Below, one piece after another: positions 51,451 to 62,994 of a DNA stretch of 64,000 nucleotides. A program made the translations under genes and the position numbers. The first letter of the stretch is position 1. Every line of letters begins with the position of its first letter. Below the pieces are notes generated by a model that ran no database searches, had not been told where the DNA came from, and worked only from the letters and a program-made list of their open reading frames with translations. The stretch spans positions 1-64,000 of the forward strand of contig JASVEC010000017.1 of the NCBI GenBank assembly GCA_030770535.1, in the 5' to 3' direction. Origin of the DNA: Batkoa obscura. Taxonomy: Eukaryota.

Positions 51451-52209
51451 ATGAGTTCTATTCAAAAACCTAAATTGTTGATTGTATTTTATTCAACATT
51501 TATGAATGTATATAAGTTAGCCTTAGCGATCAAAGAAGGGGCTGAAAAAGTGAATGAAGTAGATGTAGAGATTTATCAAGTAAAAGAGACATTAAGTGAT
51601 AGTGTATTGGCTAAAAAAGGGGCACCAGAGAAGCCAGATATTCCTATAATAACACCAGAATTATTAAAAGAAGCCAATGGTATTTTATTTGGATTTCCAG
51701 CTTGTTTTGGACTATTACCAGCTCAATTAAAAGATTTTATTGATTCTTGTGGTTCTTTATGGGCTTCAGGTGCCATGCAAGGTAAATTAGCGGGCATCTT
51801 TAATTCAACGGAATTACAACATTCAGGCCAAGAAACTACAGCTTTTACTTTTATAACCATTTTAGCACATTTTGGTATGATCTTTGTACCTAATGGCTAT
51901 TCCTGTCCTGAAATTCATGAAGATAAAGAAATTTTAGGTGGTTCACCATGGGGTGCTTCTGTTGTTGCGAGTAAAAAAATAAAATCACCATCAAATAAAG
52001 AAAAAGCGATTGCTAGATGTCAAGGCGAAAATTTTGCTACCTATTTAGCTAAGTTTCATGGGGCTTTAGGTCCTTATAATGAGCCTAAATTAGAGCTAGA
52101 AGGTAAAGTTAAAATTCATAAATTAAAAGAAGCGGAGAATATTGATGTGCCTATTTCGAAACCTAAAAGTATTAGAAAAATTTTGAAACGTTTATCCATG
52201 CAAGGCTGA
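51451..52209 (+). CDS. Flavodoxin-like quinone oxidoreductase 3 (divergent)
   Basis: FYSTFMNV, GFPACFG, HSGQETT, GGSPWGA. Confidence 0.9.
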   Translation: MSSIQKPKLLIVFYSTFMNVYKLALAIKEGAEKVNEVDVEIYQVKETLSDSVLAKKGAPEKPDIPIITPELLKEANGILFGFPACFGLLPAQLKDFIDSCGSLWASGAMQGKLAGIFNSTELQHSGQETTAFTFITILAHFGMIFVPNGYSCPEIHEDKEILGGSPWGASVVASKKIKSPSNKEKAIARCQGENFATYLAKFHGALGPYNEPKLELEGKVKIHKLKEAENIDVPISKPKSIRKILKRLSMQG

Positions 52210-53102
52210 CAATTATTTATTATATTAATAAAGCTATCTTTTTGTTTTATATTGGTTATTTTTTAAAGAGGGTTTTCAGTGACTTTTATTTATATGACAC
52301 CTATAATTAATAAAATAAACAAGTTATTTATAATTATATACCAACAATTACAATAAATGATCATTCAATAAGATAATTGATAACATAATCATAATTCTAT
52401 TATAAATTCTAGTAGTCATTCTTTTATAAATTAAACTAAGATTCCTAATATCGAATGTTTATAAGATAACTAATCGAATAACTTATAATTTATTTTAACC
52501 TTGTTTTATTTCAGGCTGTTTATTATATGTATTTTATTAGTATTGCTATACTCTTAGCATTATAGATAAGCGGTGCTCATAGTTTAAAGTAATATACATA
52601 TATTTTACTTAAGAAAGCAGCCTATAAAATGTTAATTCTATTACCTTAAAAAGCAGTGATTTAATAACTATTAACAAGCGTTTTGAGAATAGAATGACGC
52701 TGAGTATATGCTTTATATAGATTATTTAATGACATTACATAGAATATCATGGATATTTATATGATGCTATTTAATTATAAATACTTGATATTCATCGAAT
52801 CTATTTATATGTATTATGATTTCATAGTTAGAATTCTAGAAACTCTGAAGTACAACATTAAATATTTTGTTGCGTGACGAGTAATTATTGATATCTGCTT
52901 TTAAATTTTATAATGATTTCGGATTTGATTAGTGATAAATTGGAAATGAAATTTTTAGGTTAGTCATCAAATCAAATTTGTTCAATAAAATTTATAATCA
53001 ATTCCAATTAAAAAAATCAATTAAATTTAATAATTAGAAATTACACAAATCTTGAGTGCTTTATGGCTTTATTTTTTAAATGTTTATCTTTTTATTTTCA
53101 AT

Positions 53103-54746
53103 ATGTCAAATCGATTTACTTTCATCAAAGAAAGTGGTAAAGATTTAAAAAAGAAACAAGATAAGGACAAGTTTACTATTGTTCATTTTGATGGCGATAA
53201 AGAAGTCAAAGAAGCCAAAGAAGTCAATAAGTATGACGACATGATCATAAAAGAGTGTCAGACAAAGGACAATAATAAAGAACATAGAAGGAATAAAAAC
53301 ATAGGTGAATTAATTCCAATACAAAGAAAGTTAAGGATCTTTACTTTTTTAAAAGATCCCATCAATAATTTCACGTCAACCCACATCAAACAGTTAAATT
53401 TACCACCGTCTTCATTATTGGAAAATTTAATGGCAATAGCTTTCTGTAATACAACCTATTTTTCCAAAGAAAGGGAGGGTATATTAAATTCCTTATTTGA
53501 AAAACTAAGGTCGTTATTAAATAGAGAAAACAAGTTAATTAGTAACATCCAAATCAATAATTTAAATGACCAGGCGAGTATGAATAATATAATATTATAT
53601 AATTTTTTCCATAAGGGATCTTCTACGTTTAGTTTATTTAGTAACACATCGTTTGATTTAAATGAACAACCAGATATATTAAAATGGTCCATATTAGCTT
53701 CTGGATTAGTATGGATGGAAAATGATTATCAAGTAAGTGAAGAAATCAAACAGATAGAAATCAATTTGGTCCAATTATTTACTTCCTCAACAAATATTAA
53801 GCCAAGTTTACAAAATTTACAAGCCATTTTATTGATTGTAATTAATTTAACTAACTTTACAAATATTAATGCTCTAAGGACAACTTTATTAAGTTTAGCT
53901 TCAAGATTTGCTTCTATCCTTGGTTTACATTTAAACAACCCCAAATTTAGTGCCAAAACCCAATTTGAACGTCAACTAGCGTATTCAAATTTAGCCTTTA
54001 TTTTAGCCTTTATGGATTTAAATTGTGGTAGCCACTCTGCAGCAACATTTCGATTAATGAATCCAAACACAAATAATTTTAAAATAGATATAAAGCATCA
54101 AAAGAATAAAAAATGGAATATCTATGATAAAGTTAGTTTGTTATTTGCTAACTACCTTTCTGAAATGTCAGCCATTATGTTTTTATTAAGGATAGCAAAG
54201 GAGAATAAGAATTTAAAACAGACAGAATCAAAACATTTTAACAATTTAAATAAGATCCAGCTACAGCTTACTAATTTATCTAAACAGATGATCAAAGATT
54301 TGAACATTTATTTAGATCAATTTAGTACCAATAACGATTTAAAATTTAGGATTGCTGCCCTTAAAAAAGTGATTAGTTTATTGCGACATTACCTTTTATT
54401 CTTTATTTTGTCAATCCAAGCTTCACCTTCAATATTAAGTGATAGTAGCAACAATAATAATGCCTCAGCAAAACAAAGCCAAGAAGATTTATTATTACAA
54501 TGTCAATTAACAATTGAATTCACAATGCAATTACCATCCCATTATATGGTCTATTTTCCAATCCCAATTTTAACTCAATGTTTATCCTATCTTATTCAAA
54601 TAGCCGAAAAAAGTAAAGTGAATCAAATATTTATTAAAAAAGGCCTTAAAAGGATTAAACAACTTAAGAAATTTCCTACCGTTTATTGGGCCTCCTTAGC
54701 CCATTTAGCTGTGGTACAATTGATTTCAGATGCTTCAAAAGAATAA
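53103..54746 (+). CDS. Putative transcription factor, paralog 2
   Basis: ATG at 53103; PSLQNLQAILL, ILGLH, QFERQLAY, FPIPILTQCL align with paralog 1. Confidence 0.55.
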   Translation: MSNRFTFIKESGKDLKKKQDKDKFTIVHFDGDKEVKEAKEVNKYDDMIIKECQTKDNNKEHRRNKNIGELIPIQRKLRIFTFLKDPINNFTSTHIKQLNLPPSSLLENLMAIAFCNTTYFSKEREGILNSLFEKLRSLLNRENKLISNIQINNLNDQASMNNIILYNFFHKGSSTFSLFSNTSFDLNEQPDILKWSILASGLVWMENDYQVSEEIKQIEINLVQLFTSSTNIKPSLQNLQAILLIVINLTNFTNINALRTTLLSLASRFASILGLHLNNPKFSAKTQFERQLAYSNLAFILAFMDLNCGSHSAATFRLMNPNTNNFKIDIKHQKNKKWNIYDKVSLLFANYLSEMSAIMFLLRIAKENKNLKQTESKHFNNLNKIQLQLTNLSKQMIKDLNIYLDQFSTNNDLKFRIAALKKVISLLRHYLLFFILSIQASPSILSDSSNNNNASAKQSQEDLLLQCQLTIEFTMQLPSHYMVYFPIPILTQCLSYLIQIAEKSKVNQIFIKKGLKRIKQLKKFPTVYWASLAHLAVVQLISDASKE

Positions 54747-54919
54747 GGTAGTGGTTTTTCGATGCTTGAACTCGCTTTCTGTAATTGTAATCCCTTTTTA
54801 TTTAACTAGTTTTTTTGCAAAACAATTAGTGTATTTCTATAATAATATGAATAAAATAAAACAATCAATAATAAACTTATTTTAAGTTTATAGCATTCTT
54901 TATTTCACATTTTTATATC

Positions 54920-56419
54920 TTAATAATCATATTTGGGGGCGTAATTATATTTTGGAGAATAATCATAGGTTGGGTAAGGATTCCTGGTTTTAGTTTTTGT
55001 TCCATAGCAATTTTTATCGCCATTGCAATAAGCTGGAGTAGATACAGATGGAGTTTCTACTGGGGTAGTAGGAGTGGTATAAGTTACAGGAGTAGATATG
55101 GATGGGGTTTCTACTTGACTAGTTCCTGTAGTAGTAACAGTTCCAGAGCAATTTTTACCACCAGTACAGTATTCTGGAGTAGATACAGATGGAGTTTCTA
55201 CTGGAGTAGTAGGAGTGGTATAAGTTACAGGAGTAGATATGGATGGAGTTTCTACTTGACTGGTTCCAGAGCAGCTTTGACCTCCAGTACAGTAGCCTGA
55301 AGTAGTAGCAGTAGTATAAGTTACAGGAGTAGATATAGATGGAGTTTCTACTTGACTAGTTCCTGTAGTAGTAACAGTTCCAGAGCAATTTTTACCACCA
55401 GTACAGTATCCTGGAGTAGATATGGATGGGGTTTCTACTTGACTAGTTCCAGAGCAATTTTTACCTCCAGTACAGTATCCTGGAGTAGATACAGATGGAG
55501 TTTCTACTGGGGTAGTAGGAGTGGTATAAGTTACAGGAGTAGATATGGATGGGGTTTCTACTTGACTAGTTCCGGAGCAGCTTTGACCTCCAGTACAGTA
55601 GCCTGAAGTAGTAGCAGTAGTATAAGTTACAGGAGTAGATATAGATGGAGTTTCTACTTGACTAGTTCCTGTAGTAGTAACAGTTCCAGAGCAATTTTTA
55701 CCACCAGTACAGTATCCTGGAGTAGATACAGATGGAGTTTCTACTGGGGTAGTAGGAGTGGTATAAGTTACAGGAGTAGATATGGATGGGGTTTCTACTT
55801 GACTAGTTCCAGAGCAATTTTTACCTCCAGTACAGTATCCTGGAGTAGATACAGATGGAGTTTCTACTGGGGTAGTAGGTGTGGTATAAGTCCCTGGAGT
55901 AGATATGGATGGAGTTTCTATTTGAGTAGTGGACTGAATTTTTGTAATGGTAGAATAACCTCCAGTGGGGTATTTACCACCATTATGGCCAGGCTTTGTT
56001 GGATATTTACCACCATTATGTCCTGGATTGGTTGGGTATTTACCGCCATTATGCCCCGGATAAGTAGGATACTTATTACCATTGTGGCCAGGCTTTGTTG
56101 GATATTTACCACCATTATGTCCTGGATTGGTTGGGTATTTACCGCCATTATGCCCCGGATAAATAGGATACTTATTACCATTATTTCCTGGGTAAGTAGG
56201 GTATTTGTTTCCTGGATTGGTAGGATATTTATTGCCGTTATTACCTGGATAAGTAGGATACTTATTGCCATTATTACTAGGATAGTTATTATAATTACCG
56301 CCAGGATAAGAAGGATTTCTACCATAAGTGTATTCTGGACGATAATAAGTAGCAGTAATGCTTTGTGGTAAAGCACCAATTGCAACAAGAGCTAAAACAG
56401 AGTTTAAATCGAATTTCAT
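54920..56419 (-). CDS. Secreted repetitive protein (GHNGGKYPT repeats + Thr/Pro-rich repeats with YCTGGKNC modules)
   Basis: Signal peptide; near-identical internal DNA repeats; TATA-like element ~100 bp upstream. Confidence 0.88.
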   Translation of the reverse strand: MKFDLNSVLALVAIGALPQSITATYYRPEYTYGRNPSYPGGNYNNYPSNNGNKYPTYPGNNGNKYPTNPGNKYPTYPGNNGNKYPIYPGHNGGKYPTNPGHNGGKYPTKPGHNGNKYPTYPGHNGGKYPTNPGHNGGKYPTKPGHNGGKYPTGGYSTITKIQSTTQIETPSISTPGTYTTPTTPVETPSVSTPGYCTGGKNCSGTSQVETPSISTPVTYTTPTTPVETPSVSTPGYCTGGKNCSGTVTTTGTSQVETPSISTPVTYTTATTSGYCTGGQSCSGTSQVETPSISTPVTYTTPTTPVETPSVSTPGYCTGGKNCSGTSQVETPSISTPGYCTGGKNCSGTVTTTGTSQVETPSISTPVTYTTATTSGYCTGGQSCSGTSQVETPSISTPVTYTTPTTPVETPSVSTPEYCTGGKNCSGTVTTTGTSQVETPSISTPVTYTTPTTPVETPSVSTPAYCNGDKNCYGTKTKTRNPYPTYDYSPKYNYAPKYDY

Positions 56420-58883
56420 AGTTTATTTGATTGGAAGCACAGCTTAAAAATTGAATTAATCAAGCAGTTAATTGATTGTGGTTTTTAGGATATAGTTTAT
56501 TTGGTGGAATTACTTCCCTTTTATATACTTTTAGAAGTCAATCGCGAATTAAAGTTTGGGTAACCCTTATCATTGTTTATTAAATTAACTGGTAACATCA
56601 TTGTTTTTTGTTACCACGGTTAACATAATTTAAAGTTTAATAGGGATATGCTAATATATTTAAAAAATTATAAATAGATCTTATTATGTTTTCAATGGGG
56701 CCATTCCTTGATTTAGTCGCAATACTTTTAACATCAATGCTGTTAATTATTCTTCATTATACTTACTGTTATTATTAATATTTAATTTGTTATTTATTAA
56801 TTATTAACTATTATCTAATTTAATTCTACTACCAATTATTACTTTCATTATGAACTTTAAAAGCTAGCTTTGGTTCATATTTTAATAAAAAAAGCATTTA
56901 TTAGAATTAGTTTAAACGAATAATCTTTTATTTATAAATAATAACAAATATAACAGATAATTAGTTTTATAATATAATATAATATATTTTGTATTATACT
57001 CAAATTCATTTCACATTCCTAAACCTAAGAATTAGGCATATACAATTAATCAAGGTGGGGATCTAATAATTATTCGATTAAAAGATGAGTTAATAATTTC
57101 CATCTTTAGTGATTAAAATAAAAATTTGGTTTATTATCAAAAGTTTTGAATTTTTCTAAAAATAAAAAATTTCAAGGGATACTTATTCAATTATAAGGGT
57201 CAGTGCTTTTAGTTAGTACATGAAATCAGTCTTAACAGTTTAACGCTCTTTTTAATTTAATTTTATTGATATAGTAAAATCTATTTAATATATATTGGAC
57301 CATTGATAAAATAATCCTATAGTTACAAGCGGGTAAAATATCCTAAAAGTAAACAAATGCAACGCTGTAAAATTTTTACATTAAAATAATTTTTTGTATT
57401 CAGAGATAAAAATATTTACTGTTGCAACTAATGATTTACTTGATTTTTATGCGCATGAGTCTGTAAAGTTATTTTATGAGTGATCTAATTATCTGACTAT
57501 AATAGTAGATCTATAAATAACTCTTTTTACTTATATGTATATTTTAATGTGTATTGTAAATCTACTATGACTTCAAATACCAACGTCATTTGCAGAATAA
57601 ATAACATTACTTTCTGCAATGGCAACAAAACAATGAAATACTCTTTTTATTTGATTATTCTTTCTATTATTTAAGCAACCTAAAATTTTAGAAAGTTTTA
57701 ATCAATTTAAATAAAAATTCGCACTAATCTCAGTAATATGCTTAATCACAATCTTACTATTAAATCAAAATCGGAGAAATGTTGAACCTTGGGTTTAGAT
57801 TACTCATGTACAAGCATATCAAGTTAACATCTAAATTATAACACCAGCTAGCATAAAGAATCGAATATGAAAACATTTAAACTAGGATATAACTATACTA
57901 ACCATAGCTACCTCTTCAAACAAACAAAGACATCTCAAGTTACAAAAATTTACTATAATAAAACTTTAATACTTACAAATAAAAATAAAAAATGGTGAGA
58001 TATACAACGTATTAAAGTCTAGACTATAGCCCCTATGAAAAAACATAGAATAAAAACTCATTTAAATTAGGTTGCAATTCTTTACTGACGATAGCTTCAA
58101 TATGACCAGAAAAAATAAATAACTTTAAAACAACTAAGCATAAAGGAAGGGTAGATAAAAGTGTTATAATAGTAAGGCTTTTTAGCTCGAAATGAGAATT
58201 AAGAACAAGTTTATTTGTATTATCGCCCATATTATAGTGTATTATAAAGCTGTTGTAAGCCTTAAAGCTAATTAAGCATTGTATTATTGTTATTGTATTG
58301 ATTAATATAGTAATATTATAAAAATTAATCGTAAAATATTATTTATTTTATAGTATATACTATATATTAAATATTAAATATTACATATTACATATTGTAT
58401 AAGATATACAATATACAATATAGATTATAAATCAATGCTGATTAGTGGCTGTTTAAAAATATAGTTGTTATTATAATAAACAATACACCAAACTGTTTTT
58501 TAAATCTTGGAACAACACTTTTAATTTTATTTTAGTCAAAGTAATGCCTTAATTTACTATAATAAACACTCTTTTTAGAACATATTTTTCAAAAGCATGT
58601 ATAATAACAGAAGAGGCTTTATTAAACTGATACAGAAAAAAGAAAAGACTAGAAATTACTGAAAAATAAGAAAAAAATGAATATTTAGCATTAATATTGG
58701 TAAGAAACAAATAAAATTATATAATTGAGAGTCACAGATATTGTTCATTAGAAAATGCTACTACTTTGTATTTTAATAAATATGTTGATATTCAGCTTAA
58801 AAAACAATATAAATACTCATAGATATCGAAGCTATCAATTATAAAATCATCAATCATTTATTCTTATTTATTTGTATTAAAAA

Positions 58884-60362
58884 ATGAAATACCACGCTCC
58901 ATTAGTAGTCTTATTAAATGTTATTATTGCTCAATCATTGAATGATGGAGCAGTAGGTAACAAAATGGGACCTATAAACCAAGCTGATACCTTACCAAAC
59001 AGTGAAGCTATTCAAAATTTATCAACTGATCAAATTGCCCAAGCTTTACCAACTGATCAAGTCGCTCAAACTTTATCAAGCAATATCGTGGCTCAATTTA
59101 ACACTTCACTTACTCCTACTCAAACTAGCACTGCAGCACCTACTCTTACTCAAACTAGCAGTGTAGCACCTACCTCCGCTCAAAGTAATAGTACAGCAGC
59201 TACCTCTCCAATGCCCAATACATTTAGCTCAACAATTCAAAATGATACTGCAGCTCCTTATGTTTGTTTACCATTAAATTCAACTAACAGTTACTGGGCC
59301 ATAGACTTATTACCTAAACCAGCACAAGAAGCTATCTCTTCTTTAATCAGCGCTGGTGTTTTACAGCCCTCCTACCCCCATACTTCTACTACTGCAGGTC
59401 CAACTACCACTCCAGGAGCTTCAACTACTTCAAGTGTAAGCACTACTCCAGGTGCTTCTACCACAAGCGGATCTACTATCCCAGGTGCCTCTACTACTCC
59501 AGGGGAATCCATTACCTCAGGTGCTTCAACTACCACAAGCGGATCTACTATCCCAGGTGCCTCTACTACTCCAGGCGAATCCACTACCTCAGGTGCTTCA
59601 ACTACCCCAGGTGCTTCTACCACAAGCGGATCTACTATCCCAGGTGCCTCTACTACTCCAGGCGAATCCACTACCTCAGGTGCTTCAACTACCACAGGCG
59701 GATCTACTATTCCAGGTGCCTCTACTACTCCAGGCGAATCCATTACCTCAGGTGCTTCAACTACCCCAGGTGCTTCTACCACAAGCGGATCTACTACTTC
59801 AGGTGTAAGCACTACTCCAGGTGCTTCAACTACCACAAGCGGATCTACTACTCCAGGCGAATCCACTACCTCAGGTGCTTCAACTGCCACAGGCGGATCT
59901 ACTACTCCAGGCGTAAGTACTACTCCAGGTGTTTCTACTACTCCAGGCGTAAGTACTACTCCAGGTGTTTCTACTACCCCAGGTGTTTCTACTACCCCAG
60001 GTGCTTCTACCACAAGCGGATCTACTACTCCAGGCGTAAGTACTACTCCAGGTGTTTCTACTACCCCAGGCGTAAGTACTACTCCAGGTGTTTCTACTAC
60101 CCCAGGTGCTTCTACCACAGGCGGATCTACTATTCCAGGTGCCTCTACTACTCCAGGCGAATCCATTACCTCAGGTGTTTCTACTACCCCAGGTGCTTCT
60201 ACCACAAGTGGATCTACTACTCCAGGAGTAACTACCATTACTGATGGTGCAACTACTACAGGTGCCTCAACTACTTCAAGTACCTCTACTAGACCACCCT
60301 ACTATGGTTATAGTCGTCGCCCAAGACCAAGTTGGGCTCCTTGGTGGATGGACTCTAACTAA
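58884..60362 (+). CDS. Secreted mucin-like Ser/Thr-rich protein, paralog 1
   Basis: Signal peptide; STTPG(A/V) hexapeptide repeats; conserved non-repetitive domain shared with 61859. Confidence 0.88.
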   Translation: MKYHAPLVVLLNVIIAQSLNDGAVGNKMGPINQADTLPNSEAIQNLSTDQIAQALPTDQVAQTLSSNIVAQFNTSLTPTQTSTAAPTLTQTSSVAPTSAQSNSTAATSPMPNTFSSTIQNDTAAPYVCLPLNSTNSYWAIDLLPKPAQEAISSLISAGVLQPSYPHTSTTAGPTTTPGASTTSSVSTTPGASTTSGSTIPGASTTPGESITSGASTTTSGSTIPGASTTPGESTTSGASTTPGASTTSGSTIPGASTTPGESTTSGASTTTGGSTIPGASTTPGESITSGASTTPGASTTSGSTTSGVSTTPGASTTTSGSTTPGESTTSGASTATGGSTTPGVSTTPGVSTTPGVSTTPGVSTTPGVSTTPGASTTSGSTTPGVSTTPGVSTTPGVSTTPGVSTTPGASTTGGSTIPGASTTPGESITSGVSTTPGASTTSGSTTPGVTTITDGATTTGASTTSSTSTRPPYYGYSRRPRPSWAPWWMDSN

Positions 60363-60837
60363 AACTTTTAGTCAAGGTAACAGTACAATAAGTTCAATAA
60401 AGTATATTTATATCTAAAAAACTTAAAATTAACAAAAACAAAAATATGTTTCTAATAGTAAAATGTATAATGTAAACAGGATATGATAGCTATTGAATTT
60501 AGTTATAATAACAATACTAATAATACTTTTTAGTAAAATTGTTTCAAAACACTACAAAGATAAGATAGCACGATTTTATAAATTTCAACTCTGTTTTGTT
60601 AAAATAATATCGTCTTTTAAAAATTGTGAAACTATATTTCTTTTCTACTTTTCAAAAATTATTACCACTTCACGAGTATCCATTAGTGTTAGCACATTGG
60701 GTATCAAACAAACCTTTTTAGTTATTGTGTGTACTATAGTTGTTATCTAAATGTTATTAACTTTTAGATAGGCTAATAGATGATTGGTATCCAATATTTA
60801 AAATTAGTTATTTGAATTTAATAAGTAAACTATATAT

Positions 60838-60922
60838 AAGAGTGTATTTTTTTTGGTTTCATCACTTTTTCCGTTTCTTAAGTGCTATTTGAGTGGAAAA
60901 ATTGTTAGTAAAATTCTTAAAA
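60838..60922. mobile_element. MITE family A, truncated
   Basis: Core match; one terminus missing. Confidence 0.75.
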
Positions 60923-61858
60923 AATAATTAAAATTTTATTGATTTATTAAAACTTAACTAAAAATATTAAATACAGTTTTGGTGTCTTAAAGCTAAGTTG
61001 GATTAAATTTTTATTGTATTTATATATATATATATAATTATTGTAACCTTAAAATTTTACTTATAATCTAAGTGTAATAATATGTTAGAAATATCAGCTA
61101 TTTTGAACAATTTGCTACAAAAATTAGAAAAATGTATCTAACTTACTATTGTTTTGTATTTTTTCATCCGTATTGCAGCTGTTAAAGTACAAACGGCAGT
61201 AGCTAGTGGTACTCTTTATAACCAATAAATTATATTATAATGATTTTCAGCTCAATACTTAAATTACTATTTCAAAATGAGCAGCCAGTCACTGCACATT
61301 TGTATTTTAATGACTGTATAATTAAGTTTTTAAAGTTATTAAAAGCCCTAAAATAAGTTAGGCTTTATATTTTTATATTGTTATATCAAACTAATAATGT
61401 TAATAATATACCAAGTATAGTATATTATTTATTTTATATTATATACAATAAATAGTGAAATGGGCCAATTAAATGCTATTTAGAAGCATAATAATTACTA
61501 TAATAAACAATAAATTAAAATAAATTATTTGAATCTTGGAACAAGACACTTATTTTTTTATATATAAAAAATGCCAAGCAAAAGATAGAGGCTTTAGTAA
61601 ATGGAGTAAAAATGATAGAAGGCTCGAAACTTGCTAATAATATTAGAAAAATGGCAGAAGTTGATAAGAAACAAAATAAATTGCATTAATTAGAACTAAA
61701 AATAACCTTTGATAGTAAAAGCTATAGTTATTTTTATATTTTATCAACAATGTATATCGGTATTGACTCAAAACAAACAATATAAATACCAATAGATATC
61801 GAAGTCATTAGTTATAATTTATAACTTATAATTTATTTTGTTTATCCATATTAAAAAA

Positions 61859-62791
61859 ATGAAATATCACGCTTCATTATTAGCCTTACTAAATGTTGTT
61901 ATTGCTCAAGCAATAAGTAGCAACGCTGAATATAGTCAAATCGAAGCTATGAATCAAGATGATGCCTCAATAGATACTGAAATGGATCAAAACTTACAAA
62001 ACAATGAAATACCTCAAAGCTTACCAAACAACCAAAATGGTCCAATCGCTCAAAGTTCACAAACCAATAATCATGCATCTATTACATATAAGCCCAATCC
62101 ATTTAACTTTAAACCAGGAAAAAAAGAATCAGATTCTTATATCTGTTTACCATTAAATTCACGTAGTAGCTACTGGGCATTAAAATTATTACCTAAACCT
62201 GCTCAAGAGGCTGTATCTTCTTTGATTAGTGCTGGTGTTTTAAAAGCTACTTATCCTTTTAGTGGTACTTATCCTACCGATACTAGTACTGCTACTGGTT
62301 ACTATCCAACCACCACTCCAGATATAACTATTACTACCACAGATACTAGAGTAACATCTACTCCTGATGTTTCTACTGATACTGATACTGGAGTAACGTC
62401 TACTCCTGATGTTTCTACTGATACTGATACTGGAGTAACATCTACTCCTGATGTCTCCACTATTACCAACACTGGAGATTCTTCAACTCCAGGAATCTCT
62501 ACTTCCACTGACACTGGTGTAACATCTACCCCAGATGTTTCAACAACCACCAATACTGGTGATTCTTCTACACCCGGAATTTCTACTATAACCAACACCG
62601 GTGATTCTTCCACTCCAGGAATTTCCACTACCACTAATACTGGAGCTTCTTCTACTCCAGGAATAACTACGATTACTGATATTACAACAACTTCAGGAGT
62701 CTCGACTAGTGCCACATACACTGGGTATCCAAGACCTTCTGGACATTATGGATTTCCACCAAACTATAGCTCAGATATAAGAAACTTTTAG
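61859..62791 (+). CDS. Secreted mucin-like protein, paralog 2
   Basis: MKYHASLL signal peptide; 14-aa repeats TGVTSTPDVSTDTD. Confidence 0.88.
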   Translation: MKYHASLLALLNVVIAQAISSNAEYSQIEAMNQDDASIDTEMDQNLQNNEIPQSLPNNQNGPIAQSSQTNNHASITYKPNPFNFKPGKKESDSYICLPLNSRSSYWALKLLPKPAQEAVSSLISAGVLKATYPFSGTYPTDTSTATGYYPTTTPDITITTTDTRVTSTPDVSTDTDTGVTSTPDVSTDTDTGVTSTPDVSTITNTGDSSTPGISTSTDTGVTSTPDVSTTTNTGDSSTPGISTITNTGDSSTPGISTTTNTGASSTPGITTITDITTTSGVSTSATYTGYPRPSGHYGFPPNYSSDIRNF

Positions 62792-62897
62792 GTAAATCAA
62801 GAAACTATTTTTTATCAATCAATAAAATTATTATATTTATATCTTTTATTTTATTATTTTATTTTATTGATAATTTTAAGCTTTGAAAATGAGATTT

Positions 62898-62994
62898 GAG
62901 GATGTTTTTTTTGTTTAAGAATTTTACTAACAATCTTTCCGCTGAAATAGCGCTTAAAAATGGAAAAAATAATGAAGCCAAAAAAAACACCTCC
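62898..62994. mobile_element. MITE family A
   Basis: GAGGATGT...ACACCTCC with ATTT TSD. Confidence 0.9.

Noticed and set aside
55115..62721. Long antisense/alternate-frame ORFs (55658-56371, 59372-60238, 62302-62721 and others)
   Set aside because: Shadows of low-complexity repeat coding sequence on the other strand or frame.
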